From Promethearchaeota archaeon (GTDB lineage: Archaea > Asgardarchaeota > Thorarchaeia > Thorarchaeales > Thorarchaeaceae): a stretch of 13,079 nucleotides of DNA. Below the pieces are notes generated by a model that saw only the letters and a list, made by a program, of their open reading frames with translations, was not told where the DNA came from and ran no database searches. The position numbers were made by a program, and so were the translations under genes. The stretch is taken from NCBI GenBank assembly GCA_048939765.1, contig JBHLPF010000004.1, forward strand, positions 76,884-89,962, given 5' to 3'. Below are positions 6,748-13,079 of this stretch, piece after piece; the first letter of the stretch is position 1, and each line of letters begins with the position of its first letter.

Positions 6748-7971
6748 TCAGACTTTCATGAAGAATGGGCTTTCCAGATATTCCTTCAGTGCCAGCAGAA
6801 ACTGGCCCGCAGGAGCTCCATCGAGCACTCTATGGTCGACCGCACAACTCGCCATCATTGTTGAACGAATGACTATCTGGTCATCGACAACGACTGGCTT
6901 TTTCTTGATCTGGCCGAGAGCGAGAATCGCGGTTTCTGGGGGATTAATGACTGGGATGAACAAGTCGACTTGGAACGGACCCAAGTTCGAAACGGTGAAT
7001 GTGCTGCCGGTTAGTTCTTCAGGCGTTAGATCATTTGTTTTGGCTCTTCTGCCCATGTCCCTGGTTTCTTGAGCAATCTCCGTGATTGATTTCTTGTTGG
7101 CTTCCCTTACGGTTGGAACAATCAGACCTGTTTCTGTAGCCATTGCCACTCCGATGTTAATGTCCTCGAACATGTGGAGTTCATTCCCTATGAGTGTGGC
7201 GTTGAACCTCGGGAACCTCTCAAGGATGTCAGCCACTGCCTTCACGATGACATCATTGAACGAAACCCTAAAGCCCAGTTTCTTCTCATTACGTTTATTG
7301 ATATCATTTCTCAGCTCGACTGCGTCAGTCATGTCTATCTCTGTAATCATGGTGATATGGGGTCTCTGATAACTCTCTGTCATCCGACGGGCTATTGTCC
7401 TTCTCAAGGGTGAGAGTGCCTCTACCTTTCTCACCTTGCGGTCGTCTCCTGCCGCAAAAGGAATGCTCTTGTATTCTATGACATCTTTCTCGACTATCCT
7501 GCCTTCAGGACCGCTTCCCACAATCAATGCTAGGTCTATTCCCTTTTCCTTTGCTAGTCTCTTGGCCCTTGGTGACGCCTTGATTTTGCCACTCGGGAGT
7601 GTACTTGACTGGACTGTCTTTGTACTCGGGGCTGCCTGGACTGAGGTTGCGACAGTTGGAGTTGGTATAGGGGTAGGAGCAGCTGCAACAGCTCCCATCA
7701 GCTTCTTTGGTTTCACGTCAGGGATCTCTTCTCCCTTTTCACCGATGATTGCGATTGGCTCGCTGATCGGAATCTCATCATTCACCTCGCAGAGAATCTT
7801 AAGGAGAAGGCCATCAGCAGGGCTCTCTAGCTCGAACTCGTTCTTCTCTCCGAATATCTCTACTACTGCTTCGCCCTTCTTGACCTTATCACCCTCGTTC
7901 TTCAACCACTTGAGTATCACCCCATACTCCATAGCGACACTCATTCTCTGCATTATCATAATTGTGGCCAA
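6748..7971 (-). CDS. pdhC: Dihydrolipoamide acyltransferase (E2) of a 2-oxoacid/acetoin dehydrogenase complex (PdhC/AcoC-like)
   Basis: One lipoyl domain (W-K-EGDKVKKGE...GEK...ESP), Ala/Pro/Thr linker, subunit-binding domain (ASPRAKRLAKEKGIDL...GSGPEGRI), catalytic TFTVSNLG and DHRVLDGA. SD GAGGTG precedes TTG 7971. Substrate specificity is not established. Confidence 0.93.
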   Translation of the reverse strand: MATIMIMQRMSVAMEYGVILKWLKNEGDKVKKGEAVVEIFGEKNEFELESPADGLLLKILCEVNDEIPISEPIAIIGEKGEEIPDVKPKKLMGAVAAAPTPIPTPTVATSVQAAPSTKTVQSSTLPSGKIKASPRAKRLAKEKGIDLALIVGSGPEGRIVEKDVIEYKSIPFAAGDDRKVRKVEALSPLRRTIARRMTESYQRPHITMITEIDMTDAVELRNDINKRNEKKLGFRVSFNDVIVKAVADILERFPRFNATLIGNELHMFEDINIGVAMATETGLIVPTVREANKKSITEIAQETRDMGRRAKTNDLTPEELTGSTFTVSNLGPFQVDLFIPVINPPETAILALGQIKKKPVVVDDQIVIRSTMMASCAVDHRVLDGAPAGQFLLALKEYLESPFFMKV

Positions 7972-7981
7972 GTATAGCACC

Positions 7982-8956
7982 TCAGACTATCATACGAATT
8001 GCTTCAGCGATGCGTTTGTTATCAGGAATGAAATACTGTTCTAATGTAGGACTGAATGGCACAGGTGTGTCTGGTGCATTCACCCTTTTAATAGGTGCAT
8101 CTAACCAGTCGAACGCCTCTTCTTGTACCATTGCCGAAATCTCCGCTGTAGTTGCACCCGTCCTGGTTTCTTCGGTGACTAATACCAGCCTTCCAGTCTT
8201 CTTTACTGAGTCGATCAGTGTCTTTTTGTCAAGGGGCACGAGAGTCCTTGGATCGATTACCTCCACACTAATGCCTTCCTTTGCGAGTTCCTCTGCAGCC
8301 TCTAGAGCCTTGTGAACCATGAAGAACGTTCCCCAGACTGTCACATCCGTGCCTTCACGACGAACCTTTGCTTCACCAAATGGAATCAGGTATTCCTCGT
8401 CAGGCACCTCTTCTTTCCTATCGTAGACGAGCTTGTGTTCAAAGAACATGACAGGATCGGGGTCTCTGATTGCAGTCTTGATGAGTCCCTTTACGTCATA
8501 GGCAAAAGCAGGCACTGCGATCTTCAGGCCAGGTGTGTGCATGAACCATGCTTCTAGACTCTGCGAGTGATGGGAAGCAATGTTCTTTCCCCCGCCAAAC
8601 ACTGAGCGCAATACCAGTGGAACAGATGTCTGTCCTCCGAACATATATCTCATTTTAGCTGCCTGATTGCAAACCTGATCCATCGCAAGTGAGATGAGGT
8701 CTCCAAACATGATCTCAGCCACTGGCCGCATTCCAGTAATGGCTGCGCCAATAGCCGCACCAGCAATAGCATTCTCGGAGATTGGTGTGTCTCTCACACG
8801 ATCATCCCCAAACTCTTCAGCCAATCCCTTTGTGACTTTGAATGCCCCTCCCCAGTTACGGCCTACATCCTCTCCCATTATGAAGACGCTCTCATCTCGG
8901 AGCATTTCTTCTCGAAGACCCTGCTTGAGTGCATCTCTGTAAGTAATCTCCGCCAT
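7982..8956 (-). CDS. pdhB: 2-oxoacid/acetoin dehydrogenase E1 beta subunit (PdhB/AcoB-like)
   Basis: GEDVG, RVRDTPISE, GMRPVAEIMF, HHSQSLEAWF, PVMFFEHK and EVIDPRTLVPLD motifs. Confidence 0.95.
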   Translation of the reverse strand: MAEITYRDALKQGLREEMLRDESVFIMGEDVGRNWGGAFKVTKGLAEEFGDDRVRDTPISENAIAGAAIGAAITGMRPVAEIMFGDLISLAMDQVCNQAAKMRYMFGGQTSVPLVLRSVFGGGKNIASHHSQSLEAWFMHTPGLKIAVPAFAYDVKGLIKTAIRDPDPVMFFEHKLVYDRKEEVPDEEYLIPFGEAKVRREGTDVTVWGTFFMVHKALEAAEELAKEGISVEVIDPRTLVPLDKKTLIDSVKKTGRLVLVTEETRTGATTAEISAMVQEEAFDWLDAPIKRVNAPDTPVPFSPTLEQYFIPDNKRIAEAIRMIV

Positions 8957-9925
8957 CTAGATCGCCTCCATAAAGACATCATCGAGAGCTTCTTCTGGCG
9001 CGGGATGCTCTGATTTGATTGCAAAATCTGCAGCCTTGTCGACAGCCTTTTGCAGCTTCTTTCGTATGCTCTCTGCCTGCTTCTCTGTGAGTGCTTTCTT
9101 TTCAAGCGCAATTTTCCTAATTGTTTCTACAGCGTCTCGACCCATCCAATGGTCTACCTCATCTTGAGGACGATACTTCGCTTGATCGAATCGTGAGTGG
9201 CCCCTCATTCTGTATGTTTTGCATTCAATCAGACTGGGCCCTCCTCCCTCTCGAGCTCTCTTAACTGCTTGAACAGCAGCTTCATACACCTCCAGTGCAT
9301 TGTTACCATCCACTACAACCGATGGTGTGCAGTAGGCATCACCTCGGTCGGCGATATTCTGGCTTGGACAGGTCAGCTTTATCGGAGTACCCATCGCGTA
9401 GAGGTTGTTCTCAACGACCCACACTAATGGCAGCTGCCAGATTGCGGCCATATTGAGGGATTCTCCAAAGGTTCCGTTGTTTGATGCTCCATCCCCAAAG
9501 AAGCACGCGACGACTTCATCCGTCTTTCTCATCTGAGCTGATAGCGCAGCTCCGACTGCTATTGGAAGTCCTGATGCAACGACGCCAGTTGCTCCTAGCA
9601 CTCCGACATCGAACTGAGTGATATGCATTGAGCCTCCCTTTCCCTTGCATGAGCCAGTCTTTTTCCCCAACAGTTCAGCCAGTGCAGCATTCATGTCGGC
9701 TCCTTTCGCTACAACATGTCCATGACCTCGGTGGGTGCTTTGAATCCAGTCTGTTTCCTTGAGAGCTGCTGTGACACCAGCCGCGATAGCTTCCTGTCCC
9801 AGATACAAGTGCAGTGTGCCTGGAACTAGGTTCTGTCCGAAAAGTTCCCAGACTTTTTCTTCGAAGAGACGCACTTTGAGCGTACGCGTATAGAGATCAA
9901 CAAGAGTTTCTTTTCTGACTGCCAT
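8957..9925 (-). CDS. pdhA: 2-oxoacid/acetoin dehydrogenase E1 alpha subunit (PdhA/AcoA-like, TPP-binding)
   Basis: HLYLGQEA, STHRGHGH, GKGGSMH, TPP motif GDGA-x-NN and TYRMRGHS. Start set at ATG 9925 (9937 is an alternative). Stop abuts the E1beta ATG. Confidence 0.95.
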   Translation of the reverse strand: MAVRKETLVDLYTRTLKVRLFEEKVWELFGQNLVPGTLHLYLGQEAIAAGVTAALKETDWIQSTHRGHGHVVAKGADMNAALAELLGKKTGSCKGKGGSMHITQFDVGVLGATGVVASGLPIAVGAALSAQMRKTDEVVACFFGDGASNNGTFGESLNMAAIWQLPLVWVVENNLYAMGTPIKLTCPSQNIADRGDAYCTPSVVVDGNNALEVYEAAVQAVKRAREGGGPSLIECKTYRMRGHSRFDQAKYRPQDEVDHWMGRDAVETIRKIALEKKALTEKQAESIRKKLQKAVDKAADFAIKSEHPAPEEALDDVFMEAI

Positions 9926-9961
9926 TTTCTGTCCCATCCATTTGCCGCGTGAGGGATTACG

Positions 9962-9989
9962 GCGGAATCCGCGAACTATAGTTGATAAA
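9962..9989 (-). promoter_or_regulatory. Putative E1alpha promoter: TATA-like TTTATC (9989-9984) followed by two palindromes
   Basis: AACTATAGTT (9974-9983) and GCGGA-A-TCCGC (9962-9972) lie directly downstream of the TATA-like element. Confidence 0.4.
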
Positions 9990-10004
9990 GGCTTCGAACT
10001 AGCA

Positions 10005-10218
10005 GTGTCCGCTTCTCCCAATGTGCGGGCGGATACACAGCAATCATCATATCATCGTGCCATCTCTGTTATTTTGGCTAGGGACGTGGATATCTCCTAT
10101 TGCGTTTGGAAACTTACCATGTGATTCCTATCTACGTCTCTACTCAATTCGTGACCGCTGCTTAAACGGGGGTTGCGGCGGTCACAGGCCAAAAACGTGC
10201 ATTCCAGAATCGAAATGC
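10005..10218 (+). ncRNA. Candidate structured RNA upstream of fwdD (family not recognised)
   Basis: Stems 10005-10014/10027-10036 (10 bp), 10079-10092/10129-10142 (14 bp) and 10151-10161/10175-10185 (11 bp). Every non-Watson-Crick position in them is G-U on the + strand. Confidence 0.5.
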
Positions 10219-10315
10219 CCCTAACCAGCATTTTCTCCGTCTAGTGTAGTTGACCATGACACTCATATCTTGGTTTTGAAAAGAAACTCCTCATCCCAGA
10301 CTGGTGTTGTCAGCC

Positions 10316-10717
10316 ATGAATGATGTAGGTGTCGAAGTTCTCCTAACTTCTGGTCGGACACTCAAGCAGGGTCAGACTATGGAATTGGGAAAACTCAATC
10401 AGGAGTACTTTGAAGCTGTCGCTATTTGTGAAGTCGATAAGTCCACGCTTGTAACATTAGGACTCGAGGAGGGAGATCCAGTCAAGGTGAAGACTGCGAC
10501 TGGAAGCGTTGTTGTTGCCTGCAAAGTAGACAGAAGAGCTGAACCAGGTGTAGCGTTCATGCCCTGCGGTCCATGGGCTAATGCAGTCTTGGATTCGGAT
10601 ACTAGTGAAAGCGGCATGCCACAATACAAGGAAATGGATGCCAAGCTCTTCGCTGCGAAGGGTGAGAATATTCCGAGTGCAGAGGATTTGCTGAAGGCAT
10701 TAGTGGAGGTGTCGTAA
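10316..10717 (+). CDS. fwdD: Formylmethanofuran dehydrogenase subunit D
   Basis: LTSGRTLKQG, VKVKTATGSVVV, FMPCGPWAN and GMPQYK motifs. Directly precedes fwdB. ATG 10316 (GTG 10304 is an alternative). Confidence 0.92.
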   Translation: MNDVGVEVLLTSGRTLKQGQTMELGKLNQEYFEAVAICEVDKSTLVTLGLEEGDPVKVKTATGSVVVACKVDRRAEPGVAFMPCGPWANAVLDSDTSESGMPQYKEMDAKLFAAKGENIPSAEDLLKALVEVS

Positions 10718-12004
10718 ATGACCGAGGTGTTCGAAAATCAAGTTTGTCCGTTCTGTGGATGCCTTTGTGATGACATCAGGATTGAGGTTGAGAATGGAAA
10801 AGTCATCAAAAACGAAAATGGCTGTGCAATTAGCAAGGCCAAGTTCCTGAATCATCATCATGACCGCATAGAGTCGCCAACAATCAAAGAATCAGCAGTT
10901 TCACTCGATGATGCTGTTGATAGGGCTGTTGAGATACTTGCGTCTGCCAAAAGGCCGCTCATCTATGGACTTAGTTCTACAGAGAATGATGCTCATCGAG
11001 AGGCCTACAAGATTGCTGAAACAATAGGCGGAGTTGTTGATAACACCGCATCTGTCTGTCATGGACCAACAATTCTTGGTGCACAGGAGTCTGGAGAGGC
11101 AGCCGGCTCACTCGCAGAGGTCAAGAATCGTGCTGACACAATCATCTATTGGGGATCTAATCCGCAATTCGCTCATCCTCGTCACCTGAGTAGATACGTC
11201 CGAGCTGAAGGTGAGTACATCGGGGATCCCAAGGCTGACAGAAAGATTTGGGTATTTGATATTCGAAAGACAATTTCGGCTAATGTGGCTGACGAGTTTG
11301 TCAAATTGGCACCTGGTGGAGACCTCGAGTTCATTGGAGCTCTACGGGCAGCCGTGCGAGGTCATGCACTTGATGTTGAGGAAGTGGGAGGCGTTTCCAT
11401 GGAAAAGATAACTGAGATTGCTGAAACTCTCAAGAGTGCCAAATATGGGATTCTATTCTTTGGGCTGGGGCTTACCCAATCAAAGGGCCGTCACAGGAAC
11501 ATCGATGCTGCAATTCGTCTTATTCAGGACCTCAATTCCTATGCCAAATGGAATATGATGCCAATGAGAGGTCATTTCAATGTGGCTGGAGCAAACAAGA
11601 CCTCGACCTGGCAGACCGGATATCCATTTGCAGTCGACTATGCCAGAGGGTATCCGAGATATCAGCCCGGAGAGTACACTGCAGTTGATATGCTGGTGAA
11701 TAAAGAAGCTGACGCCATGTTGAATATAGCCGCGGACCCCGCTGCACATTTCCCAAGAGCTGCTATCAAGCACATGTCAACAATCCCTGTCATCAACATT
11801 GATCCCAAACGGAATATGACGTCGCTGATGGCAGAGGTGAATATACCTGTGGCACTATCCGGCATAGAGTGTGATGGCGCTGCGGTTCGAATGGACGGGC
11901 TTCCGCTATACCTAAGGAAGGTAGTAGAGCCACCCCCGGGCGTTCTGCCAGACAGGGATGTGCTGAGAATGATTCATGACAAGCTGAAGAAGGTGGTGAA
12001 GTAA
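10718..12004 (+). CDS. fwdB: Formylmethanofuran dehydrogenase subunit B (W/Mo-bisPGD, Cys-ligated)
   Basis: CPFCGCLCDD...GC [4Fe-4S] motif, DNTASVCHGP metal-ligand Cys, EVKNRAD, HPRHLSRY, PMRGHFNV, WQTGYPFAVD and RMDG motifs. Confidence 0.96.
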   Translation: MTEVFENQVCPFCGCLCDDIRIEVENGKVIKNENGCAISKAKFLNHHHDRIESPTIKESAVSLDDAVDRAVEILASAKRPLIYGLSSTENDAHREAYKIAETIGGVVDNTASVCHGPTILGAQESGEAAGSLAEVKNRADTIIYWGSNPQFAHPRHLSRYVRAEGEYIGDPKADRKIWVFDIRKTISANVADEFVKLAPGGDLEFIGALRAAVRGHALDVEEVGGVSMEKITEIAETLKSAKYGILFFGLGLTQSKGRHRNIDAAIRLIQDLNSYAKWNMMPMRGHFNVAGANKTSTWQTGYPFAVDYARGYPRYQPGEYTAVDMLVNKEADAMLNIAADPAAHFPRAAIKHMSTIPVINIDPKRNMTSLMAEVNIPVALSGIECDGAAVRMDGLPLYLRKVVEPPPGVLPDRDVLRMIHDKLKKVVK

Positions 12005-13079
12005 TGGCGAGTGACATTATTCTCAAGAACGGTCGAGTCTACGATCCGAAGAACAAGATTGACGGAGAGATCATGGACATCTCTGTATCAGGAGGCAAGA
12101 TTGTCGACAAGGTCAATGGCAAAGCAAAGGAAATTGATTTGAAAGGCCGAATGGTCATGGCTGGCGGAGTCGATATGCACGCCCACATCGTTGGAAGCAA
12201 ACTTGGCTTTGGCCGAGCAATGTGTCCTGAGGACCACAGAGGTGACCCAGTGCCAAAGACCAAGGTTACTCGTGGCGGTGTCGGATACACCATGCCGAAC
12301 TCCTATGTCATTGGCTACAGATACTCTGCAATGGGATACACGACAACAATCGAGCCAGCTCTCCCTGCCCTCAAGGGTCTGGGCAGCTGGGAGGAGCTCG
12401 AAGACTTACCAAACCTCAACTCAGGGCTCTTGCCACTGTTCTGTAACAGCATGCTTACGTTCCATTACGTCAAGGAGAAAGATATCAGTGGTCTAGCTGG
12501 CTACATTGCATGGATTCTAAGGAACGTGGGTGGCCTCGGAGTCAAGGTTGTCTGCCCAGGAGGCACCTATGCTTGGGCCCATGGTGGCAATGTTAGAGAA
12601 CTTGATACTGAGGTTCCAGATTGGGGCATCACGCCGCGTGAGATCATCCGCGGGCTTTGTCAGGCAACTGAGTCCTTGGGACTGCCTCATATGATGCATC
12701 TTCATCCATTGAACCTCGGTCGTGTAGGCAATATTGACACAACCATTGAACACCTAGAAGCGGTCAAGGACATAAAGGGCCACAATGGGCGAAAGCGAAT
12801 CCTTCACTTAACACATATGTCATTTGAGAGTCTGGCTATGCATGAGGATGAAAAGGCAAAACCAGAGTGGAAATGGGTCTCTTCGGGAGGGCTCAAACTA
12901 GCTGAGTATATGAACAAGAATGATCATTTCACAGTGGACCTGGGTCAGATTACTTTCGGACCAGCCACAACCATGACAGGAGATGGACCGTTCCAGTTTA
13001 GTCTGTACCAGATGACCAAGAACAAATGGGCCAACATCTGTGTGGATGTAGAGATGCCCGGCGGCGCCGGGGTCGTTCC
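12004..13079 (+). CDS. fwdA: Formylmethanofuran dehydrogenase subunit A (amidohydrolase), truncated by the window end
   Basis: Hand translation from ATG 12004 (TAATG overlap with the fwdB stop): MASDIILKNGRVYDPKNKIDGEIMDI...GGVDMHAH...MGYTT...GVKVVCPGG...LGLPHMMHLH...HLTH...VDLGQITFG...TMTGDGP. The frame stays open to the end, so it is missing from the ORF track. Confidence 0.95.
   Translation, partial: MASDIILKNGRVYDPKNKIDGEIMDISVSGGKIVDKVNGKAKEIDLKGRMVMAGGVDMHAHIVGSKLGFGRAMCPEDHRGDPVPKTKVTRGGVGYTMPNSYVIGYRYSAMGYTTTIEPALPALKGLGSWEELEDLPNLNSGLLPLFCNSMLTFHYVKEKDISGLAGYIAWILRNVGGLGVKVVCPGGTYAWAHGGNVRELDTEVPDWGITPREIIRGLCQATESLGLPHMMHLHPLNLGRVGNIDTTIEHLEAVKDIKGHNGRKRILHLTHMSFESLAMHEDEKAKPEWKWVSSGGLKLAEYMNKNDHFTVDLGQITFGPATTMTGDGPFQFSLYQMTKNKWANICVDVEMPGGAGVV

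Noticed and set aside
7436-8044. 202-aa + strand ORF and other antisense ORFs in the track
   Set aside because: Shadow frames of well-supported genes on the opposite strand.
9926-10021. N-terminal extension of E1alpha to TTG 10021
   Set aside because: Not homologous to E1alpha, and it runs through promoter-like and structured sequence.
10005-10190. H/ACA guide, SECIS or cobalamin riboswitch assignment
   Set aside because: ACA follows two hairpins, but those lack a pseudouridylation pocket and K-turn. No AUGA/GA quartet or nearby Sec codon. The B12-box and GGGAA core are absent.
10021-10224. 67-aa Cys-rich + strand ORF with a hydrophobic stretch
   Set aside because: No SD, and the ATG lies inside a hairpin loop. 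The region is better explained by RNA structure, though a small protein is not strictly excluded.
11040-11070. Selenocysteine form of FwdB (FwuB)
   Set aside because: The ligand codon is TGT (SVCHGP) and the ORF has no in-frame TGA.

Overview
Archaeal window, most likely Asgard (Thorarchaeia-like). The taxon is inferred from a single-domain gelsolin, the fwd genes and archaeal-type SD/TATA signals. From left to right: (1) a small beta-rich hypothetical gene (-). (2) A + strand run of two tandem YdjG-like Zn-ribbon membrane proteins, a small membrane-anchored Zn-ribbon protein, a one-domain gelsolin (ProGel-like eukaryotic signature protein), a Zn-dependent MDR dehydrogenase and a cupin. (3) A convergent - strand block: 2-oxoacid/acetoin dehydrogenase E1alpha-E1beta-E2 with no E3 in the cluster, a double Zn-ribbon protein, a catalytic-domain-only lipoate ligase and a translationally coupled AhpD/CMD-like CxxC protein. 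(4) Divergently, formylmethanofuran dehydrogenase fwdD-fwdB-fwdA; fwdA runs off the window end and is absent from the ORF track. The main unexplained signals are two multi-hairpin intergenic elements: about 6150-6315 upstream of the lipoate ligase, and about 10005-10260 upstream of fwdD. Both are candidate undescribed ncRNAs or riboswitch-like leaders. All family calls are motif recognition by eye; no database searches were run.
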